DNA of 63,727 bases, counting the filler, from Octopus bimaculoides (lineage: Eukaryota): assembly GCF_001194135.2 (NCBI RefSeq). It is 6 parts of 6 records of this genome, joined end to end, with 100 filler letters (N's around TTAATTAATTAA, not from the genome) between each part and the next. Parts side by side here need not be neighbours in the genome. Positions count along the whole stretch, not along the records: positions 1 to 14,012 come from NC_069003.1; 5 more parts are not named here. The stretch is one strand, 5' to 3'. Within the stretch, counting starts at the first letter, position 1. Each line of letters begins with the position of its first letter. Both the position numbers and the translations under genes were made by a program. The notes beneath the pieces are model-generated. The model searched no databases. It saw nothing but the letters and a program-made list of their open reading frames with translations, and was not told where the DNA came from. Shown piece after piece: positions 1 to 10,969 of the stretch.

Positions 1-288
1 AAATAGAGATAACTCGAATGTGGAATCTAAAAACAGAAACAATTCCTATCATAGTAGGTGCCTTAGGTATAATAAAAAAATATTCAGACAAATACATAAC
101 AAAAACACCAGGACTTACAAATATATATAACATACAGAAAATTGCACTACTGGGTACTGCACACATTCTACGCAAAACACTTTCAATACAGTAAACATAA
201 GAGCACCACAGCAAACCACAGCACATACCCAAGGCGCACAGAGCTGCGCTCGGTAGTGAAGTGAAAGCACGTTATAAAAATAAAACTA

Positions 289-350
<62 letters not shown>
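1..350 (+). mobile_element. 3' end of R4/Dong-clade non-LTR retrotransposon (restriction-like endonuclease C-terminus, 3'UTR, (AAT)n tail)
   Basis: Open frame 3-194 IEITRMWNLKTETIPIIVGALGII...IQKIALLGTAHILRKTLSIQ* is the typical R4/Dong C-terminus. A 3'UTR shared with other copies follows, then (AAT)n at about 290-350. Confidence 0.85.
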
Positions 351-351
<1 letters not shown>

Positions 352-2345
352 TCCAAATGAAATTATGTCTTTTAACTGGATATCATCTCAACTGCTCGCA
401 CAGCACATGTAAACACGCTTGCCACATTATGATTCTATCAACAGCAGACCATCTCCGTCCCCAAACACCATGTACAAAAAATTACAACTAAATTAAATAA
501 TACCGGTATTATTCAACCCAAGAATAACAATCGGGAAGTACGTACTTTAAACTTGTTACACAAAAAGTACGAAAAACTACACGCGCAAAACAATTTAACA
601 CCAGAAATGAACAGACCGGTACCCTACGAAAATGATGACTGTGCAATTACAACATTACAGAAAGCGGTTTACCTGAGGTAAAAGAACAGCTAAAGCAAGA
701 TATCCTTGCCAAAGAACAAAGGATCCGCCGGTATGAGAAACGCCAACGTTTCTTTGAACAAAACCAGCAGTTCAACTCCAACCCCAAAATATTCTACCAA
801 GAACTTGGCAAAACTGAAATAGACATCAATGCAGCACCAACAGCAGACGAAGTGTAAGAATTTTGGAAAGATAAATGGTCGGCGAAGGAACAACCTCAGG
901 AAAGGGCTATCAAAACAACGAACTTAACACCTGAACAAATCTGGACCCCTGTAACAACTGAAGAGGTCACCCAGGTGATGCAAAAACTGGGCACGATAAG
1001 ATCCCCAACTTCTGGTTAAAATATCTGACAGTAACATACAGAAAGCTGGCTGAAAAATTTAATGACATACTAGCCGAGCCAGAGACAATGCCTGAATGGC
1101 TCACGAAAGGGAAAACTATCCTAATTCCCAAATCCACTGAAACGGCAAACCCACAAAATTACAGACCAATAATTTGTCTCCTTACAATTTACAAAAGCCT
1201 TTACTGCAATAATATCGCAGAGATTGAGCAAGCACCTGGAAGAAAACAACCTGTTTCCAGAAGAGCAGAAGGGATGCTGCAAGGGCTCATACGGCTGTAA
1301 AGATCAACTAATGATCAATAAAGCCATAACTGAAGACAGCCGCAGAAAGAAGAAAGGCTTAAGTATGGCCTGGATCGACTACCAAAAGGCTTTTGATAAC
1401 ATTCCCCACACATGGATCATAGAAACACTAGCCATGAACAAGGTAGCATCAAAAATCATAAAATACATATGACATTCTATGAATAAATGACAGACAGTGC
1501 TACAGATCCAAACAAAACAGGGACTCATAAAAACCAAAGCCATCCCCATTAGAAGAGGAATATTCCAGTGAGACACGCTCTCTCCACTCCTTTTCTGCTT
1601 GGCACTGACAGCTTAATATGGCATGCTAAACAGAACTGGATGCGGATACAAATATTACGGCAAAACAATCAGTCACATCTTATATATGGATGACCTAAAA
1701 CTATACGCTACACATGATAAACAGCTGGAAACATTACTACAGACAGCACATTAATATACCAAAGAAATAAACATTAAATTTGGTTTAGAAAAATGTGCCA
1801 AAGCAGCCTTGAAAAGAGAAAAATGAGTTAGCATCACACTAGATAAAGCAAATGAAATAAGAGAGCTAGACCAAAGCCAGACATACATATACTTAGGAAT
1901 CAATGAACTAGATACGATACAACACACACAAATGAAAGAGAAGATAAAAAATAAATACTAAAGACGACTTAGATTAATACTGAAAAGAGAGCTCAATGCG
2001 AAAAAAAGATAATAGGTATCAACACTTTAGCCGTCCTAGTTATAAGTTACAGCTACAATATCCTTAACTGGACACTAAATGAACTGACCAAAATAGACAG
2101 GAAACCAAGAAAAATATTCAGACAAATACATAACAAAAACACCAGGACTAACAAATATATACAACATACAGAAAATAGCACTACTAGGCACTGCACACAT
2201 CCTACGCAAAACACTTTCAATATAGTAACCATAAGAGCATCACAGCAAACCACAGCACATATCCAAGGCACACAGAGCTACGCTCGGTAGTGCAGTGAAA
2301 GCACGCTATAAAAATAAAACTACTGAATAATAATAATAATAATAA
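351..2345 (+). mobile_element. Decayed, internally deleted R4/Dong LINE with RT domain
   Basis: RT motifs across frameshifts: PEWLTKGKTILIPK, NYRPI, GCKDQLMINK, WIDYQKAFD, RGIFQ*DTLSPLLF, LYMDDLKLYA. The RT joins directly to the 3' end at about 2110-2120, followed by the 3'UTR and AAT tail. Confidence 0.9.
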
Positions 2346-2351
2346 TAGTAA

Positions 2352-2925
2352 TAATATTCTTGTCCAAAAGAAAGGGTGGGAGAAATTTTGATCAGTTGCC
2401 AGGATTATATAGCAGCAGAGGAAAGCAGCTTATGGTGTTATGTAAAAAATATGTGGAACCATTGTGGAAACATGTGAAAAAGTGCAGCGTCATCAAAATT
2501 GATAACTGTGTAAAGAAGACAAAATCTTAAAGACGAAAAGTATACAAAAAAAGAAGAAAAGAAACAGCATCGAAGGAGGAAAGATGTACGGTCAGTTTGC
2601 TAGAGATACGAACGCAAGATACGTAAGACCTGTGGCTATGTGTGAGGAGGAATGACCTGCAGATAGAGACGGAAGCACTTATATGCACAGCACAAGAGTA
2701 AGAGTTAAGGACTATGTGAAGTGCAGAATCGACAACACTGCCGAAAGCGACAAATGCTGAATGTTTAGCGAGAGCGGTGAAAGTGTATGGCATATCGTAA
2801 GCGAATGGACGAAATTGGTACAATACGAATAGCAGACGACATAACGATGTGGTAAGAATGATCCAATGAGAGCTTTGTGGAAATCACGGCATACAAAATG
2901 AAGATTGCAAAATTCTGTGGGATGC
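2352..2925 (+). mobile_element. Fragment of a second R4-clade LINE family (post-RT region and zinc knuckle)
   Basis: Decayed motifs EESSLWCYV, YGQFARDT, LQIETEALICTAQE, a CCHC-like region (HIVSE) and ENEDCKILWD. Confidence 0.7.
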
Positions 2926-3945
2926 AACAAAGAAGTGTTTTCAGTCTTTAAGGAAGCTGATAAGTACAGAAAGGAAGTAGTAGCTAACTATGAAGGAAAT
3001 GAAGAAAGAACAAAAGCTGTAAAACAATTGAAGTCCAAACTAAAACTGGAACAGCAACAGATCATGATAAAACGACAGCAAGAAAAGCACCTTCATGACA
3101 AATATAGGGTTAAACAAAACAGAAAAGAAATAGAGAAAGCAAATTCCCAAAAATGACTGAGAAGCTCAGGACTCAAAGCAGAGACTGAAGGATTTTTAAT
3201 TGCAGCAGAAGACCAAAGTCTCCCCACCAGAAATTACCGAAAACATGTAATGAAAAGAAATACAAGTAACTGCAGAATATGTAGAGATGGAGAAGAAACA
3301 ATAAACCATATTGGCTCTGGCTGCCCAATCCTGGCTAAGAAGGAATATATTCACTGACACGACAGAGCTGGGACTTATATACACTGGAAGTTATGCCAAC
3401 ACTATGGAATAAGAACAGAAAAAAGATGGTATAAACACACGCCATAAAATGTCACAGAAAATGAGAAAGCAGTTATACTCTGGGATATGCCAATACATAC
3501 TGGTAAAGAAATTAAGGCCAATAGGCCGAATATAGTTGTCAGAGATCACCAAGAAAAAATGCTTTATAATCGATGTATCAGTGCCAACAGGTGACAATGT
3601 TTTTTCTAAAAGAAATGGAGAAACTTTTAAAATACAAATATTTGTATATAGAGGTAACTCGAATGTGGAGCTAAACAACAGAAACAATTCCTATCATAGT
3701 AGACGCATTAGGTATGATAAATACATAACAAAAACATTGAGACTTACAAGTATATATAACATGCAGAAAATAGCACTACTAGGCACTGCACACATCCTAA
3801 GTAAAGCGCTTTCAGTACAGTGAAAATAAGAGCATCACAACAAACCACAGCATATACTCAAGGCACACAGAGCTGCGCTCTGTAGTGCAGTAGAAGCACG
3901 TGATAAAAGTAAGACTAATGAATAATGATAATAGTAATAATAAAT
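2926..3945 (+). mobile_element. 5'-truncated R4/Dong LINE: CCHC knuckle, REL endonuclease and 3'UTR
   Basis: LRSSGLKAETEGFLIAAEDQSLPTRNY, CRICRDGEETINHIGSGCPILAKKEY, ILWDMPIHT..IKANRPNIVVRD, CFIIDVSVP, QKIALLGTAHILSKALSVQ*, then an AAT-like tail. Confidence 0.9.
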
Positions 3946-4495
3946 TTTGGCAATAAACTCGCGCGCAGTCGCAGTAGTTCGCTATGGAGCTGGAATCCTG
4001 AAGTGAACAAAGGCGGAACTAAAGGAAATGGACAGGAAGTCAAAAAGCTTCTAACGATGCATGGAGCCCATCATCTACGTGTGGACACTGATCGTCTACA
4101 CATGAAGAGAGCAAATGGAGAGAGAGGACTAATCAATGTGGACGACTGCGTGCGTATCGAACTCGAGGTCTTAATGAGATACCTAGCCCAACGTAAGGAA
4201 ACCTTGCTAGTGACAGTTAGTAATGAGGGAATATTGAAGGAAGAGAAAAAAAGAAAAACAAAGGAAGAAGTGCAGAAAGGACATAAATTCCATGTAGCCA
4301 CAACAGAAGTTGCTGGAAAAAATAGGTGGGATTGGCTGATGAAAGGAACTCTAAAAAGAGTGACCGAAAGCACTATACTAGCAGCGCAAGAGCAAGCTTT
4401 GGCTACGTACTGGAGGGTCAACTTCACGAATGAATAAGTGTCTCCGCTGTGCTGCATCTGCAATGGAGTTGATGAAAAACAAAACCTGCGATAAA
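3946..4495 (+). mobile_element. R4-clade LINE fragment (second family)
   Basis: ORF 3925-4437 contains GAHHLRVDTDRLHMKRANGERGLINVDDCV and WDWLMKGTLKRVTESTILAAQEQAL, which are post-RT motifs of R4-type elements. Confidence 0.8.
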
Positions 4496-4498
4496 GAG

Positions 4499-4499
4499 A

Positions 4500-4555
<56 letters not shown>

Positions 4556-4557
4556 TA

Positions 4558-4613
<56 letters not shown>

Positions 4614-4629
4614 TAATAATAATAATAAT
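4499..4629. repeat. (AAT)n microsatellite
   Basis: About 130 bp near-perfect AAT run. Confidence 0.98.
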
Positions 4630-4630
4630 C

Positions 4631-4746
4631 ACCGGAGACGTTTAACAGAGACTACACCGGGGACATTTAACAAGACTACACCGGAGACGTTTAACAGAGA
4701 CTACACCGGGGACGTTTAACAGAGACTACACCGGGGACGTTTAACA
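4631..4746. repeat. 25-bp tandem repeat, about 4.6 copies (ACCGGRGACGTTTAACAGAGACTAC)
   Basis: Directly visible between the AAT run and the next element. Confidence 0.95.
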
Positions 4747-4749
4747 TGT

Positions 4750-5570
4750 GAGAACGATAAATCACTGCTCCGAAATTTATCCAAAAACATCGGAAATAAA
4801 GACATCACATGGAGCCAAAATATAGCTGACAAAGGGTTGGACTATATCCGAGTAAGTAATACTCATTGAAATTTATTTCTATTTTTTCCAAATATAATGA
4901 TGTATTTTAACTTGATACCTCCACTACCCGCACAGCGATCGTAAACACACTTGCTACATCAACACCAGACCATCTCCGAACCCAAACACCATGTACAAAA
5001 AAATTACAAACAGATTAAATAATACCGGTATTATTCCATTCAAGAATAACAACCGAGAAGTGCGTACTGTAAGCTTGTTACGTAAAAAGTACGAAGATCT
5101 GAACATGCAAAACAATCTGACAACAGAAATGAACGGACCGGTACCCTACGAAAACGATGACCGTCAAAATAAAGGGCCGGACGTTGTTCCTCATGTCCCG
5201 CAAACAAAACCAAAACGACATAAATGGACACGTGAAGAATACATTTCGATCCTACAACGCTTATTTCACAGCAGTGCTCTACCCAAAAAACAAAAACGCA
5301 ACAACACATACATATAAAATATGGATAATAAAAAAATATTCAGACAAATACATAACAAAAGCACCAGGACTTACAAATATATATAATATACAGAAAATTG
5401 CAATACTGGGCACTGCACACATCCTACGCAAAACACTTTCAATTCAGTAACCATAAGAGCACCACAGCAAACCACAGCACATACCCAAGACACACAGAGC
5501 TGCGCTCGGTAGTGAAGTGAAAGCACGTTATAAAAATAAAACTACTGAACAATAATGATAATAATAATAA
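4750..5570 (+). mobile_element. Short, internally deleted Dong/R4 derivative (5' region fused to 3' end)
   Basis: 4890-5170 is homologous to 360-620. At about 5325-5340 it jumps to KYSDKYITKAPGLTNIYNIQKIAILGTAHILRKTLSIQ*, then the 3'UTR and AAT tail. Confidence 0.85.
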
Positions 5571-6119
5571 TGCCTTGATACAATACTATGTACTGGTTCT
5601 CATGACTTATGACCATAACTGATTGGTAGTGGTACTATGTACATGTTTTGTCGTGATGTAAACGATGGGCTACAGCAATTATTCTGCTCAATACCACAAA
5701 TTTGCTTGTCAGTTGTTTGACCTTAACCAGTTGAGCATGTCCCTTAATGGCTGACGTTATGTGCATCTCTGAACACAAGCAGAAGCAGTATAGGAGCATC
5801 GGAGCCATGTGTTGAGAGGTATTCTTCGGGGCTTTGATTAATTCACCTCTGGAGTCATAGGTATTTCGTTCATCATCCTTAAACAAACCTTTTTCAGGGA
5901 CCTTTTAAGTGAGATGGGAAACTCAACCTGAAGAAAACTCAAACTGGGCCCCATCTGCAAGGTGTTAATTTTGATATGAGATTACCATGTCGTGCATATA
6001 TGGTTTTGATGCATGTGCCTGGTGTACCCTTATCAGACGGGAAGTCATGTTGGATATATTGGGCTTCGTATATTTGTATCCAAGTGTCACTTCCATGGTG
6101 TGCGCCGCCTTCGCACTCA

Positions 6120-6143
6120 ATAATGATGATGATGATGATGATG

Positions 6144-6205
<62 letters not shown>
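6120..6205. repeat. (GAT)n(AAT)n compound microsatellite
   Basis: Directly visible. Confidence 0.97.
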
Positions 6206-6208
<3 letters not shown>

Positions 6209-6500
6209 GACAGAGTTGGGACCTATATACACTGGAAGCTATGCCAACTCTATGGAATGACAACAGAAAAAGATGGTATAGGTATATCCCGGAAAAAGGC
6301 TCAGAAAATGACAAAACAACCATACTCTGGGATATGCTGATACACACACATAGAGAGATCAAGGATAATAGACCTGATATAGTTGTCAGAGATCATCAAG
6401 AAAAAAACCTTCTAATCGATGTGTCTCTAAAAGAAGAAACTGAAAATACTAAGACCTGGAAAACGGACAACCCAAATATGGAGCCTAAAAACAGAAACCA
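6206..6500 (+). mobile_element. R4/Dong LINE fragment starting at an AAT tract
   Basis: DRVGTYIHWKLCQLYG, KRWYRY, TILWDMLIHTHREIKDNRPDIVVRD; homologous to 3360-3570. Confidence 0.85.
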
Positions 6501-7489
6501 TTCCTTCAGCATTATGTTTTATTCCAATAAAATATCATCAATCTTATGCTTTTCGTATCCGCTCCTTCTACTGAGCACAAAAGCGATACAGTTCCATCAT
6601 TTAGTCCGACGCTGCTCATTCCCAGCTGACCTCTGGTAACATGCTATTTGACCCATAACTCGGAATCATGTGATACTACTGCAGGTCAGAGTAGACTTGG
6701 GATCAATATGGTTAAAAGGTGGCTCCACACTCTTCAAAATCCTACAGCTCCTACGGAAGTAGTTTACAGTCCTGCCCAGGACACGACGCAGCCCCATAGC
6801 TTGTAGTGATTTTTGAGTTGCGTTATGGTAAAGTAGCCGAAGCAAGCATAAGAGAAACAAAAGTCCGGGCAAGTCAGCCAATTGGATGATGACGCCGACG
6901 CCGAAGAGGTGTCCAGTGTTTTTTTTTTTTTTTTTTTTTTTAACTCTCGTGTTTCTTATTTTATTACGCTGTGAGTTCAAATTCCTCCCCGGCTCGTATT
7001 TGAGAAATTTATTTTTTCCGGTTACGTTGGGGTTGAATATAGAATAACCATCACTCAAATACTACAATCGATATAATCAATATTTCCCACCCACTAAATA
7101 CTTCGTATTATTGTTCGCATGCCCCAAATCAATATTTGCAGATTTCACAATGAATCTCTTCCCTCCCACTCATTTCATGTCTACGGCTATAATTTATCTG
7201 TTTTTTCTGCAACATTGCTCAGCCAGATGTTAAAAAAATGTTTCACACATCACTGGTTGTCTAATCGACTATTGTTATTTATTTTCTATCTCTTACTCTT
7301 TCTCTTTCTACTTGTTTTATTCTTTCTTGTGTAAATATTAATTGTCAATCATTGATTATGTGTGTACTCATAATTAAACCTTTTCTTTCCCCCTACCCAC
7401 CACTCCTCTCCTACCATTCGTCCGATGATTTCTGCTTCATTGCTAGCTTTACTTTCGTTGTTGGCTTAATTCCGCTGTCTGATCGTTGT

Positions 7490-7728
7490 TGCATACATCA
7501 TCATCATCATCATCATCATCGTCGCCACCGCCGTCGTCGTCGTTGTCGTCGTGCTCCACCTCCTCCTCCTCCTCCTCCTCCTCCTCATTGTTATTTTTGT
7601 CGTTGTTATTGCTATTTTTAATATCGTTGTTGCGTTATTATCATTGTTTGTTATTATTATCATCGATGTTGTTATTATTATTATAATTATAATAATAATA
7701 ATAATAATAATAATTATTATTATTATTA

Positions 7729-7776
<48 letters not shown>
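7490..7776. repeat. Compound trinucleotide microsatellite (CAT, CGT, CCT, TTA/AAT)
   Basis: Directly visible; explains the low-complexity ORFs here. Confidence 0.95.
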
Positions 7777-7778
<2 letters not shown>

Positions 7779-9900
7779 ATCTGTGGTAAGTGGACGTGTC
7801 TAACAAAGCTCTTTCAAAGATTTGGATTTTCCATGTTTAATTTGATGGAAAACATTTTTTTTTCCTTTTCATTTTGTTAACGAGAGATTTTGGAAACTGT
7901 GATAGTCCGGTCTTGTTTATTTGGAGGCGGAAGAATAATATTTGTCGTCGGACATTTTGGTATATATTTCATACTTCTGAAAACGTATGTTTACTCATAA
8001 AATAAACCGTGTGACTTTGCGGGGGTTAACGGTATGAAGTACTAGTCACAAACGCACTAGTTACGGATACAACCTCAGGAATTTCGAAAAATATTGTGAT
8101 CACAAAATTATGGATTAAAAAAAATGTAATTAAACAGGCAGAAATCATTACAAATACAATTGCACTGAAAGTACTCAGAAAAAAAAAATATGTCGATTGT
8201 TCAAAAGAATACATATGCAAAGACGAGGTTACGCCTTTTAACAATTGGTCGTAGCCGAAATTTTATTAGTGAATAAAACAGAAACGGTTTTGCCAGTATT
8301 GTTAGACAGAAAGACGGACAGAAATACTGATATAGTCAAGTTAACTTTATGAAAAAGAAAAGCGCAGAAAAGGAAAAGCGTGTAAGACACAAGTAGCAAA
8401 AAGTGGTACCTTGTTGCCTGACTGTTTCATTTAGAAATAAAATAAATATAATTGAAAAAAAATATTACGAACATAGACATTTGCACTGAAAGTAGTCAGA
8501 AAAAATGTCGATTCCACAAAAGAATACATTTGTAAAGACAAGCTTTCGTCTCTTAACAGGGAACGGCAGATAAAATTATAATAATGCCAACAAAAACAGC
8601 TCCGTCAGCATGGTTAGGCAGAAATATTGAATTTCTGAAGTTTTCTTTCTAGCAAAAAAAAAAGAAAAAAATAAAGAAAAGGAAAGAAAAAGAACGTATA
8701 GGATGTATATAAGGTATATATGATGGAAATTAGAGCCTCAATGCTAGACTATTTCCCTTAGAAAAATGACATAACTCTGTTTCTGTAAAACGGAGGGTGC
8801 TTCCATCTGCTCTCACAGGACATCTTCAAAGAAGCACTTACTGGTGTATAGAGCATTGTTTGTTCAATAAAACAGAACATAGTGTCTGGTATTTTGTGGT
8901 TTTCAGAACAAGAACATGATATTGCCACACATAGAATTAGTAATCGGTAACCATAAAAGGGGCACTTGCCTGATCGTCATTCCATTACTTACGCACACAA
9001 GTATGCCGTCTCTTATGCATTTTCTGTTGCTACTACAATGGTCTATGTTCCACAGACATTGCTTCTCATGTCCCTCCGCCACTCACAGCAGAACCTCAAC
9101 AGCTTTCTTAATCTCGCGATCGCAAGATCACAGCTCATTTCACGTTGCCCCAGTCTACTAAACTGTAAAATGGGTAACCTCACCACCGGCTAACATGATG
9201 TCCAGGGCGAATGTTGGTGTGCTCGCTTACCCAGATGGAAAATGTTATTCTAAAACTGCAATGGTGAGATGAAGCACAATGTGACCAGTTGTGTATGACG
9301 GCATTTGATACCCTGGTCGATGCAGTGATATATACATATGTATGTATATGCACACACACACACACACACACACACACACNNNNNNNNNNNNNNNNNNNNN
9401 NNNNNNNNNNNNNNNNNNNNNNNNNNNNNNNNNNNNNNNNNNNNNNNNNNNNNNNNNNNNNNNNNNNNNNNNNNNNNNNNNNNNNNNNNNNNNNNNNNNN
9501 NNNNNNNNNNNNNNNNNNNNNNNNNNNNNNNNNNNNNNNNNNNNNNNNNNNNNNNNNNNNNNNNNNNNNNNNNNNNNNNNNNNNNNNNNNNNNNNNNNNN
9601 NNNNNNNNNNNNNNNNNNNNNNNNNNNNNNNNNNNNNNNNNNNNNNNNNNNNNNNNNNNNNNNNNNNNNNNNNNNNNNNNNNNNNNNNNNNNNNNNNNNN
9701 NNNNNNNNNNNNNNNNNNNNNNNNNNNNNNNNNNNNNNNNNNNNNNNNNNNNNNNNNNNNNNNNNNNNNNNNNNNNNNNNNNNNNNNNNNNNNNNNNNNN
9801 NNNNNNNNNNNNNNNNNNNNNNNNNNNNNNNNNNNNNNNNNNNNNNNNNNNNNNNNNNNNNNNNNNNNNNNNNNNNNNNNNNNNNNNNNNNNNNNNNNNN

Positions 9901-10695
9901 TAAGTTTTGGCTTATGTTTTTCAATGAAGTAGGTTTCCTTATTTAATCTAACTTGTGTTGGTGTTCCAGTGGCACATTGATAACATGCAAAGATTACAAA
10001 TTCTTGTAGCAGTTGCTTTGCGCATTTCTCAATGTGTTCACTAAAGGGAATCATTCTGTATTCTGGGAATGCAATCTGCTGTCGGTGCACAGTGCATCTG
10101 CGTCTGAGCGATAACCCCGTGGACCCTATGTAGCTTGGGTGGCAGCCCAAGCATCTTATAACATAAATCAAGTTTCCTAAGGCACAAGTAATGTCAGATT
10201 TGATTTTGAATTTTCTTTGTCTCTTTGAAAAGGAATTCTGATCCTTCTAGAAGGTTTGGGCATGTTGCGCAACTTGGTCGACCACACTAATATCCTTTTG
10301 CGTCCCTCATTTTAGATAATAATTTTGCCTTTGTGGCGATCTTTTTTAGTGATTTCGGTTGTTTGTGGCTTTTAATGATCTTATGCCTGTGTAAAATTTC
10401 CTTTAATTTGGGGTCCTTTTGTAGCATTGGTAAATTTTGGGTGATGATGGTGAACGCCTCTTTGTTTCTGGGGTTGTATGTGGATATGTACGGTAGAATT
10501 TTCGGGGAAGGTGTGTTACTGTGTTGAATGTTTCTTAAGGTTTCTATGTCGATTTGTGTTACACGTCTGATTCCATCCTCTATGAGTTGAACTGGGTAGT
10601 GTCTGTCAATTACTGTGTTTTTGAGTTCTTGTAGTCTAAAGTCTCTGGTATTTTTTCTGACATTATTGTGCATATCCTTCTTGCAAGGTTGAAGC
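9901..10695 (-). mobile_element. Penelope-like element (PLE), RT C-terminus plus GIY-YIG endonuclease
   Basis: Minus strand reads FNLARRICTIMSEKNTRDFRLQELK..YPVQLIEDGIRR, LPYISTYNPRN, then IYVIRCLGCHPSYIGSTGLSLRRRCTVHRQQI...RLNKETYFIEKHKPKL. Confidence 0.9.
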
Positions 10696-10887
10696 ACCTT
10701 ATAACAACACAAAACAACACTAGGATAAGAAGCACACCACATACCAGGCACTACTAACCCATGACCCAAAATTACTGGTCCCCACCGAATACAAGAACAG
10801 CACAAAACATCCTGCATACAAGAAATTCCAAAGAAAAATATACCGCATACCGAAATGTTACACCCATAACTAACCAAAACACACATA

Positions 10888-10969
<82 letters not shown>

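Noticed and set aside
6500-6920. GC-richer segment with 130-aa ORFs on both strands
   Set aside because: Probably a LINE or SINE remnant, but I could not assign it; no coherent protein motif.
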